Notes under the pieces: generated by a model
The model's database searches: none
What the model saw: the letters and a program-made list of their open reading frames with translations, nothing else
Told to the model about the DNA's origin: nothing
Program-made: the position numbers and the translations under genes
Shown: one piece after another, positions 12,379 to 23,409 of the stretch
How positions within the stretch are numbered: position 1 is the stretch's first letter
How the letters are laid out: every line of letters begins with the position of its first letter
NCBI GenBank assembly: GCA_024704765.1
Contig: JAKMXF010000328.1
Coordinates: 62,001-126,000, forward strand
DNA length: 64,000 nt
Reading direction: 5' to 3'
Origin: Oopsacas minuta
Lineage: Eukaryota > Animalia > Porifera

Positions 12379-12840
12379 AGGGGCGCATGCATTAGTCCAA
12401 ATTCGTATGTAAGCATTAGCCCAAATTACATATGTTTGCGCTAGTCCAAATATCAAAATCGGCATTATTCAAATTTTTGGTGATAGAATAAATGCATTCA
12501 TGGGAAAATTTCGTCGGGAGGAAATATAACAATGTACTTTTGTTGTTTTGAATCGAAATACTCTAAGCAACTCACAGCCGCTCCAGATACAACGATAATC
12601 CAATCAAAGAGCACACCACCTAACCTAATAGTCTACTGAAATGCTCATATTCTCAGCTCAAACCAATCTAGCTAGATAATTAATTCAAATTCAATTCTAG
12701 CCCCTTCCAACATGAGTTCTAAATACTCTCAGCAACTGACAGCCTGCTCCAAAACCAACTCACGCTAACATCACAAAAATTAGGACTAATGCCGATTTTG
12801 ATATTTGGACTAAAGAAAATATACGAATTTGGACGCCCCT
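12379..12840. mobile_element. MITE, possibly PIF/Harbinger- or Zator-like
   Basis: Termini AGGGGCG / CGCCCCT; subterminal IR blocks gtccaaattcgtat and tagtccaaatatcaaaatcggcatta; imperfect 3-bp TSD taa/tca. Confidence 0.55.
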
Positions 12841-13032
12841 TCATTAATACTATCGAAATAATTAAAGCTACCGGTAAATTTAGATGCCCAATGAATGCAT
12901 ATTGTATACAACACTAAAAGTATCTATTGTTTAACCAATAAATATTTAACATCTAAGAGCAATAGAATTATACTGATGACATTGTGATATACAATGAATA
13001 TTTTTCATTTACTTTCAGCAATAAAACTATAA

Positions 13033-15349
13033 CACTGCCCTGCGTCAAATTTGCTGATTATTATCCATGGGTTGTTTTTAGTTAACTTGAGTATGCTGAT
13101 TCTCAATCTGTCATCAGAATTCCCCTATCACGTCTCGTTTTTACTCAAATGTCATTTTAATGTAAGTCGATTTTTTTAAGAACACTTCCCTAGAATAAAT
13201 GATTATATTTGATACATGTGTGAATTTTTGTCTTTTGAAATAAACAGATGCGTGCTTTATTGCATTTTAATTTTTGTCCCTTTAACTCCATTCTTTTCTA
13301 CATAATTTTTTTATTTTTATTTTTGTTATATACAGCTTTATTGTACTATAGTCTACTATTTTGATATTTTATTATCATATGGCTTATCGGAGAAGGTGCA
13401 GTAATGATCCAGACGTCTTTTGTTATATTTGTGGGAGTTTTATGACTTCTAAACAAACTACGGCAATAACAGGATTTGTTAAAAAAGCATATTTAGATAT
13501 TTTGGAATGAGATTAGGTGATCAAGACAAAACATGGGCTCCACATACAGTGTGCCGATCTTGTGTAGAAAATTTGAGACAATGGACAAAAGGAATCAGAA
13601 AGAGTTTAAGTTTTGGAATTCCAATGATATGGAGAGAGCCACAAAATCACATTAGCGATTGTTACTTTTGTATGGCGAATATTTCCGGATTCAATGCTAA
13701 AACCAAGTCATTGATCAAGTATCCAAATTTACATTCAGCAATACGACCCGTTCCCCATTCTATTGATGTACCTGTTCCAAAATTTACTAATTTGGATGTT
13801 ATCTCGGAAATTGATGATTGTGAAACTAGAGATTCATTAATTAGAGAAGATGAGGATTTTATTCCGTGTGTATTATCTCGTTCTAATTCTCCACAGTTAT
13901 TTAATCAGTCTGAATTAAATGATTTGGTACGTGATTTAGATTTACCTAAAGAATCTGCGGAGTTGTTAGGTTCTAGGCTAAAAGAAAAAAACTTGCTTCT
14001 CCCAGAAACAAAATTTTACTCATATAGGAACAGAGAGATCGAATTTTTGAAATATTTCATAATGGAAGACGGATTTGTGTTTTGTCATGATGTTTCACCG
14101 CTAGTTAATGCTCTTGGATGTCCGTATGTACCTAATGATTGGAGACTCTTTATTGATAGTTCAAAACAAAGTTTGAAATGTGTTCTACTTCATAATGGCA
14201 ACAAATTTAGTTCCATACCAATTGGACATTCAGTAAGTTTAAAGGAACGATATGATAACATGAAAATTGTGCTTCATAAAATTAATTATCACCAGCACAA
14301 TTGGGTAATCTGTGGTGACTTAAAGATCATATGCATTCTTTTGGGACAGCAATCAGGATATACAAAATACCCTTGTTTTTTATGCTTATGGGACAGTCGT
14401 GCAAAGAGCGAACACTATTCTAGACAGAGCTGGCCAGCTAGAACCAATCTTAATGTTGGAGATAAGACCATTATTCACGAGCCTCTAGTGGATCCTCTCA
14501 AGATTTTGCTTCCACCACTTCATATAAAATTAGGATTGATGAAACAGTTTGTAAGGGCATTAGATAAAGAAGGAAATTGTTTCAAATATATTACCGAGAA
14601 ATTTTACTACCTAAGTGATGAAAAAAGAAAAGCCGGTATATTCGACGGTCCTCAGATAAGACAACTTGTTCGAGATGATAATTTTTCAAATTCTATGATA
14701 TGCAAAGAAAAATGTACATGGAATGCATTTGTAGATGTCATGAAAAACTTCTTGGGAAATACGAAATCTCCTAATTATAAAATACTTGTGAATGAGTTGA
14801 TTGAATCTTACAAGAATCTCGGCTGCAATATGAGTGTAAAAGTTCACTTTCTTCACAGTCATATTGACTATTTTCCAGAGAATCTTGGAGCTGTTTCCGA
14901 GGAGCAAGGTGAACGATTCCACCAAGACATAAAAACAATGGAAACACGATATCAGGGGAGGTGGGACGTTCATATGATGGCTGATTACTGCTGGTGCCTC
15001 AAGAGAGATTGTATTGATGTTATTCATGCTAGAATGTCAAAAAACGGAAATTTACTCCTGATTCAGACTAATATATTCAAATTATTTATTAACTAAGATT
15101 ATATTATCAATAAAAATTTTATTGTAATTCTTAGTAAAAATTTATAAATGGCAGATTTTCACTATTTTACTTGTAGAGGTATCATGCATTCATCGATAAA
15201 TACACCAATATTTAAAAATAATTTTGCAAAAAAACTAGACGTGATACGTATATTTTACAAAATTATTTAAAATCAGTATTAAAATGTGGATTAGAAAATG
15301 TTTTGCAATAACAATCAGCAAATAAAATTTTTTTTTCCGCAGGGCTGTG
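13033..15349 (+). mobile_element. Chapaev3-type DNA transposon, copy 2, complete
   Basis: CAC...GTG termini (cactgccctgcg / cgcagggctgtg) with inner tttgctgatt / aatcagcaaa; 3-bp TSD TAA (13030-13032, 15350-15352). Confidence 0.88.
13379..15096 (+). pseudogene. Chapaev3 transposase with a 1-bp deletion near 13497 (and probably one near the C-terminus)
   Basis: 529-aa ORF 13507-15096 (GDQDKTWAPH, WREPxxHxxDCYFC, LFIDSSK, CGDLK, HFLHSH, SEEQGERFHQD, MMADYCW); upstream MAYRRRCSNDPDVFCYICG is out of frame here but in frame in copy 1. Confidence 0.85.
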
Positions 15350-15666
15350 TAACCAATATAAAAATTCGTCAAGAGTACAATTTGTTTCTCTTTTGAAAGG
15401 TGAAAAATTTGGCATTTTTCCTTTCATAATTTTTTGCTAGAGGCCAGACAAAGTTTGACCAGTGTGAAATAGTGGCACTTAGTGTCCGATTGATTAGCAA
15501 AGGGGAGGAGGCACACCCGACAAATATCTCCAATAATTCTCACACAGTTTATCACCTTAATTCTATCCAGTTTTGCTGCAGCCCTTTTACGGAGAAAAAA
15601 TATATAATTACAACCTGTGCCGATAGCTTAGTCAATTAACCTCAATTTATTTTTAAAGTGGCACTA

Positions 15667-17412
15667 TTAATTGGTATCTCGATTTATTCCACCAGAAACT
15701 TCTTCCAAGGTAATAATCAACGAATCATAAGTGTGGCAAATCGCATTAACAGAAGCTTGCCTGCAGGTCCATCTTGTATCTGATAGCTTTGGTAGCTGAC
15801 GTACTTGCTTCTCTGGGTGAAGCTCCTTTTGCATTGACACGAAGATCATATGTGCTTAGAGGAAGAAATGAATACATAGAGAGCCTCAAGCAATAAGAAA
15901 AAATCACAAGCAAATTGAATCTTCTTTGCGCAGTCAACGAGAACTAAGTTTAGTTTGTGTGCATAGCAATGGATGTACATTGCATAGGGATATATTTCTT
16001 TCATTCGCTGCTGCACACCGTGACAGTTTCCACTCATGACAGCAGCTCCATCATATCCTTGAGATACGATGCAAGCACGATCCAACCCATGTTTATTGAG
16101 AGTGGATATGAGGTAAGTTGTCAAACTCTCAGCAGTTAGATTAGTTCAGTCCACGAAAGTAAGGAATCTCTCATGAATGTTTGCTTTGTCGTCAACGTAC
16201 CTAACAATAATAGCCAGTTGCTCCTTGTTGCTTTCATCTTTTGATTCGTCTGCAAGCAGCAAAAAGGAAATCGCTTTCCGTACACTATCACAAATTTTTA
16301 TTCTAAGCATGTCACCCATGATATTTAATAACAAATTCTGAACTTCTGGTGAACGATAAGTTGCATTTTGTGGGCCATGTTCGAATCTATGTTGGATAAT
16401 TGGGTCATGGTTGCCAATAACTTGCAGTACCTCAAAAAAGTTTCCTTTGTTCAGTGAATTTTCGGATTCATCATGTCTTCGGAAGGCAATTTCAAGGCTA
16501 CTACACAAGAGTATAACTTCGGCGATACTCTTAATATAATGTCAATTTAGGCGGATCTGCTCACTTCTTGACGAATCAATGCGACTCTCAATTGATGTAC
16601 CAATCCTTTCATTTTGTTTATATTCATGCCATGAAACCATCGCGTTGATGTGTGTAAGGCATTTATCATGACAGTGGAGGGTACCATCTCTTCCTGTTGC
16701 ATGCTTCCAGTCTCTAAATCCTACACTTTTAAACGCATCTTCAGTTCTACCACTTACAGTATTAAAAATGGGGCATGGGTAGCAGAAACCAGCGTCTCTT
16801 TCTACTGAGTATTCCAACCAACTAAAAGTGACAAACCAATCTGGATTGAATTGTCTTTTCTTAGTTCCCACTAATGTTGAAGGAAATCGACAAGTATGTC
16901 GATTGGGCTGAACCGGCTTATTATTAGGCCCTTAAGCAATATCTAAAGGTGGCTGAAGATTGACATTGGGAATTTCAGGAGAAATTGATAATTGCGTTGG
17001 TGCCATACTGGGTAGTGTTGTTTCCTCAATTGGATCAGAACTGACAAGATTAGTAGTATCACATGTAGGCACGAAGTCAGGCTCTTGTGCTTCCTGAGAA
17101 TGAGAAGGTAAATATTATCATAAGTAATATCAATATCATCTTCAGAAGTTAGCTTTATTCTCTTGTAAGTGGCAAACAAAGTTAGCTGCGAGCTGTTGGT
17201 AATGTTAAATTTTCGAGACATATATGCTAATTACTAAATATAATAAATCGTAGAATAGTAAATTAGGTAAAAAAGTAAAAGGAATTGATATATGTAATAT
17301 AACAATTAATAGGGATGAACTGATGTGAGTGTACAGACATAATATTTATTGCCTGGGCACAGAGAAGTTGGCCGGGCACAGGCCAGCAGGCCCGTGCTTA
17401 GCTACGCCACTG
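15667..17412 (-). mobile_element. hAT transposon (ZMYM1/TTF-zinc-finger, DUF4371 type), 3'-truncated and frameshifted
   Basis: 5' terminus CAGTGGCGTAGC ends at 17412; ORF pieces FNPDWFVTFSWLEYSVERDAGFCYPC, AFRRHDES..NKGNF, LADESKD, QGYDGAAVMSG, HCYAHKLNL, SDTRW. Confidence 0.85.
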
Positions 17413-17731
17413 AATTACCTCAAGATTTCTAATTATGTCCCGAAAATAAGTATAAATCAAAAATATCATTCAGGAATACACCTTCATTAGCTTATTCTCT
17501 TGAAAGTAAATCCCCTTGCACTTTCTGACAAATTCTTCTTTCTGTAGCGATCACTCTTGATTTCTGGTGGGATAATATTCGTCTGGAGGTATCCACGAAT
17601 TGCTTCATACTCTGTCGCATCCAAATGAAAAATGTCAAAGTAGATATAAGTGTTGATGTTGAAATCTAGAAATAAAGTAAAATGTTAGTGCATGCATTTA
17701 GGATGACACACATGTATAAATACGAATACTA

Positions 17732-19073
17732 CAGGGTGTTAAGAAATTGATGCCCTAATTATATTTGAGTAACAGTTTGAAATCAGCGGTATAGAATGTG
17801 GTGATCACTTTCCAATATAACCGCCTTTACGTTTTATACATTCTTTAACTCTATTACACATCCCTAATACTAAATTCTCCAAAATTTCTGGAGATATCCT
17901 CGACCAAGCCAGCTTTACATGATTTTCCAGCATCAAAACGTTGGTTGGAATAAGCATCATTTGAATATCATGTTAGACTATTGACCACAAATTTTCAATG
18001 GGATTGAGGTCCGAGAGTTACCTGGCCAAGTTTTCTTTGTCCAAAATTCGACTAAATTGTTATCACACCATTCTTGCGTTCTTTTGGCAGTGTGGGCTGG
18101 AGCACCATCCTGTTGAAAGATGGCTCGTGACATGTCTGGCAACATCTTGCGACGTAAAATACTCGCTTCTTCTGGTTGACGCTGCATAGTAGACATCAAT
18201 GACTTATTCAATATCTCTTACATAATAATCCGCGTTAACAGTTTGACCTTTGGGGATGATATGGAGTTCTGATACTGCACGATATGACATCATACCCCAA
18301 ACGAGGATTTTTGAGGGGAATTTCACGGTTTCAGTTGGTAAAATTTGAGACTGTTTGTAAGCCCAGACACGATCATTCTGATGGTTAAGTGAGGATATAA
18401 TTCGAAGGGAGACTCATCTGAGCACAGTACCCGGTGCCACTCTTCATTTTTCTAGGATTTCCGATCTTTACAAAATTGGAGGCGAGCCATCCGCTGTTTT
18501 TCAGTGATTTTTGGCTGTTTTTGAGGTTTAAAGGGCTTGACAGAGAGTGTACTTCTTAAATATGTATGTACTGTTACATGAGACACTGGGCATCTCTTGG
18601 AGTGTAAGCGCTTAGCCAATCTCCGCGTTGATTGGTGTCTTTTGCAAATCGATTTTGCAATGACGATTTTAGCAATTTTTGTGATTGTGGATTTGCGTCT
18701 ACGTCCAGGCTTGTTTTCGAGGGAGCGACCTGACTTATTGCGGCTCAACCAATGTCGACTTGTTCGAATTTTTATTCCTAAGCTCTGTGAAACCCGTATC
18801 TGAGTCATTCCACTCAATACCATTCCTACTGCCCTGCTTCTTGTGGCGGAAGTAGCTTCTTTGACAATTAGTATACGCTATAATTCGTACAATCGGGTTT
18901 GATAATATACAAAATAGAAATTGGCATTCTGACTGAGAGTGATATACTAAAATTGTCTAAAACTGGTTGTCAAATTGAAATAAGAGTGGGTGTATTTCAT
19001 AAGATTGAACACTGAAACTATGGTTACATTATTGTAGATTAAGTGATTAGGGCATCAATTTCTTAACACCCTG
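17732..19073 (-). mobile_element. Tc1-like element (DD37E), complete ends, frameshifted transposase
   Basis: 28-bp TIR CAGGGTGTTAAGAAATTGATGCCCTAAT, TA TSD; QQDGAPAH...SPDLNPIE with 37 residues counted between D and E. Confidence 0.92.
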
Positions 19074-19079
19074 TATGTG

Positions 19080-20830
19080 ACTAGGGATGAAATGTTGATA
19101 TTCCTTGATTTGCAATTGCTACTTTCGGGTCAAAATCCTATGCAACAGTGCTTCCGATACGATGAAAGGAAATTGCTCTCTAACTATTTATATGGAACTC
19201 ACACCTTTCCCTTATTGAAACTTCATGTTTCTAACCCGATAGGAGTCCAGTTCTTTGGAACAGTAACATCTTTCGAGTAACGAGCTCTAGAGTTTGCTCT
19301 TTTATCTTTTCCAACTGTTGGATCATCAAATTCCATCCAGAGAATACAGGGAACACTTTTCATGTGTATTACTCCTTGTTCCATATTCTATTCTCGTAAG
19401 ATAAAAGTAGCTCCATTCAGAAGACCGTCTGCAGTGTCGTTATTAATCGTCATAAGGTATCTAGCAGATATCATCAGGTAGTCCTTGAGTGCCTGATGCT
19501 TCAAACCTTGAATAGTGGTCCTCATTTGGTCATAAATGTCTAGCATTATCACCTACTAAAGATTCAATAGCTATAAACTTACAACCCTCAGTAATTAATT
19601 TATTCAGTACAGTCTCGTTATGAACATTAACACTAGCGTTAGCACTGAATAAAAGTATAGCTTTAGGAGGAAGATCAATGAAAAATTGTTTTCAATTTGT
19701 CTACTTTTAAACAGATTAGTACCATCCTCCGTTAATGGACAGTTAGCAAAATTGTTCAATGCAATTGCAAATTTTTGATCTTCTTTTGTCTCATTATCTC
19801 AGTTAGTTCTACAAAAGGAAACTTTTCGCAAAGATAAGGCCCAACTAATCCATCATAATTCTCACGAGTAGTATTTGATACTTGAAAAACTTAGGTATCT
19901 TTTACTGGATGAAGTTGATGGAAATCTCCTACACAGAATATGGATACTCCACAAAGTCAAGTGAGTTATCCATAATCGCTTTGAGTCGGCTATTAACTTG
20001 AGATAGAATTTTACTACCAACCATGGATATCTTGTCAATAATCATAACTTTCAATGGACTTTGTTTACTTCTTAAAGTGTTGCATACATCAGAAGATAAG
20101 TTGGGAGCGGGGCCGTTTAATTCAGTTACTTGTAAAGCAAATGCACAATGTAGTGTCATATCATGGATATTATGTGTAGCTTTACCAGTAGGAGCTGTTA
20201 ATAAAACCTTAACAGCATCAGGGTTAGTACCTGGTAACGAATCAACGTATCTTACCAAACCTTCGCATAAAGCTCGTATTACGTACTTTTACCTACTCCT
20301 GCACCTCCTCCTATGTAGAGATACATATGAAGTTGCATAATCGTTTTGAAGCAATGTAGTGTATCCAGAAAATTTGCCCATTGAATTGTATTTAAATTCC
20401 TACACATTTGTATAAATTCCTCATCAGTGCTGATATTAGGCCAATTTAAAATCCACCTGGAGGTTTCCAGGAGGATTGCTAGTCGGGTCTACATTCCAGA
20501 TATTAACTCCAGGATTATCAATCAGGTAATCAGTGGCTTCAATCACATCAATACCGTCATTATTCATTATTTCCTCAATAGCAATTCCATCAAAGTTAAT
20601 CTCATCAGAATCTAAATCCTCTAGGATATGTATAGCCTTATCAATTGAGGACTGGTCTCTACTTCAAATAATGACCTGTTTTGTGTAAATAATTCAAGAT
20701 TAGATTCATAAATACTCGTATAATCTAGAGTATCGGAGCCACTCTCTTCTCTTCAAGGTACACAAAACATTAATTGTTCTCTATAGAAGTTATCTCCGTC
20801 CTGTATAACAGTGGTTCTCAAACTGGGGGT
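19080..20830 (-). pseudogene. PIF1-like helicase remnant, probably Helitron RepHel
   Basis: ORF 19929-20258 VLLTAPTGKATHNI..TLH.AF..VMIIDKISMVG; downstream decayed MRQKEDQKFAIALN and GLLNGA; ends approximate. Confidence 0.7.
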
Positions 20831-21499
20831 CGCGGAACGGTTATGGAAATTGATTTACGAAAAACCTTTTTAGAGCGTTAAATGCAACAATCATACTATG
20901 TTGAGAATAGGTATAACTTCAATTGATAGTTTTTAAATAGATTGTATCTTTGCTAATGGGAGAGCTGCATTTGTCCGAATTTTGTAGTATGCATTTATCC
21001 GAATTTTGAAGTATGCATTGCCTGACAGAATTAAGCATTGTTATTCATATGATATTTCGTCGCTAATAATTGATAGGTGACATATACTCAAGGTGTCTTC
21101 AGTATACCAGAAATATGTCGATTCCGTATTTTAACTCACATTGCTTTCAGGATGGACTATTTCTCGTATAATAGATTATTCCTGTTGAGAATTGGGAAAT
21201 GGGATTTTTTCGCATTTTTCCTGAGGGAATTGACTTCCCGTAAAAATGTTGTAAATATCACCCTGATTAAGGAGATTTTCATCACTACAAATCACAGGAT
21301 AGGATTTACTGTTATTAGGTTCTAGTATTCTTGTCGTACAAGTTTTGGCTTTCATTTTCACTTACTACTGAGCCAAAGCTTTTACCTGCTACTAGTTTGT
21401 TCCAATTTCCTTCATTCAGGCCTTACATTAGTCGGACAAATAATACTTCAGTCGACCTGATGTATACTATAAAATTCGGACAATCGCTTGCGTCCCTTT

Positions 21500-22657
21500 C
21501 TAATTATCGATTATTATTTTAGTTATTAATTTGGTATCGTTGAAAAAGAAATTTATGACCAAACGAAAGTGAGGACAATTCGATATCGGAACACAAGCAA
21601 ATTTGTTACCATTATGCAGCAACACGCACTTTAGACTCCGTTTAGACCTGTCGATAAATAAACGCCACTCATTTGGATTGTATTGGGACAGTCCCATCGC
21701 TGAGAGAAGTCCTGGGATGTTATTACAAAACACAAAACCGCCTTCTTCACTGAAATTGCGAATAATTTCTTCGTCTCTGCGTTGGTAATAAGTTATCTTA
21801 GCTTCACTGTGGAGAACATGGTGTTCACTGAGACGGGAAGCCAGGATCTCTGAAGCATCTTTTGACAAGCCTAAGTCTCTCACTAAGTCATTGAACTGCC
21901 CTTGTGTAAAAGGCTCCGCTTTACTTATCTGTAACAACTCATTACAGCTATTGCTGCTGTAAGTGCTGTCCGACGATTCATCAATTGCCTCAGTAAACGC
22001 AGTATCACGTAAGGACTTAAAAACAGGCACCTGAATTTCGCTGCAGTGTGGAATTGGGCGTCTTGCAGAATGTATGTCAGGATAATGCCACGAATTCTTT
22101 TTCTGCCGGTTCCATCCAGACATGTTAACCTTACAGAAGTAGCAGTCATTGTGATGATCCTTGGGCTCTCGCCAAACAATTGGTACCCCAAGCTTCATGG
22201 ATTTGAATTTTCCTTGGGTTCATAGGCAGAGGGTTTCTGCGCAATATTTGCACACTTTGTGAGGGCTCCATGACTTATCCTGATCGCCTAATTTAATACC
22301 AAAGTAAGCCTGATAAGCTATTTTGGGGTCATTTCTAATAGTAAAACGATGTTCCTTTGCCATATTCACCACAAATATAGCAATAGACATCGGGACCATT
22401 GAGGCAACAACGTCTAATGCGTTTTGAATCCATAAAAGTTTCTATGTTGTGAACAAATAGTTGTAATGTTGATATAAACATACAAACAGAAAATATTTGT
22501 AGTAGTACCTTAAAATTTAAGCTTGTGTAATATCTAGAAAACTAGAGCCAATTCAGCAAAATTAATAGTATTTTCGGATACAGCAGCCCCGATATAACCT
22601 AAAAACACTCCAACAATCTGAGCCAAGAGATAGAAATATTTTTGTTGTTGACCTGTG
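21500..22657 (-). mobile_element. Second, divergent Chapaev3-family element, 3'-truncated
   Basis: Candidate 5' terminus CACAGGTCAAC ends at 22657; ATG at 22433, CCLNGPDVYCYICGE, GDQDKSWSPH, WREPKDHHNDCYFC, LFIDRSK; no partner TIR found. Confidence 0.8.
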
Positions 22658-23409
22658 ATATTGATTGACTGTAGATATCAGGTAAACAAATTCAGTAATT
22701 TGTGAAGTAATTGTGACTTGCCAATTTGATTTGTTAAAAAAAGTATGGGAGCGGCGCTCCCACCCGCTCCCACAGCAGGACACCACTGTTCGTACCATAT
22801 CCTAGATGCCAACCTGGCTTCTCTCCATGTCATGAGATTTCTTCTATATATCAAAGGAGATCATATGTTCTTTTTTCATATGACATTCCTCCTTTATTGG
22901 TGCCTGTCCTTGGTTCTCCTGCGTCATATTTTTGTCCTATACTTTCGTTTTAGTCCTTTTAACTGATTAAAGCTCCAAACCGAGACCATCACTTCATAAA
23001 TAGTTTGATTTTCTGAGAATATAAAAGAGAACCGATTTAGCAAGTATATACAGTAGAACTCGGATAAGACATGCCCCCTCGCTGATCAATAATTTGTAGC
23101 TTTTAGCCGAATACTATTCCCATATATGCAAGTAGAGGTACCAGTTTTAAATAGTAATACGTTCTCACAGAGTTCTACTGTATATTATTTGCTGAAATTT
23201 ACTATTGTGAAGTTAGCCTAGAATTGGACCATGTAAACCACAATCACTAATTTTATTCATTTGTACACCTCTGATTTACATGTAATCGGTATCATTCGAT
23301 AGGGGAGCGATGGCCGTTTTAGGGAATATACTTAAAAGATTTCAAAATTTTGATTTTTACTCACTATTTTGTCATAGTAAATATGTATCGAACTTCATTC
23401 GAAATTACG

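Noticed and set aside
20828-20860. hAT-like terminus cagtggttctcaaactgggggtcgcg
   Set aside because: Single orphan end with no partner TIR, TSD or ORF; not called as a full element.
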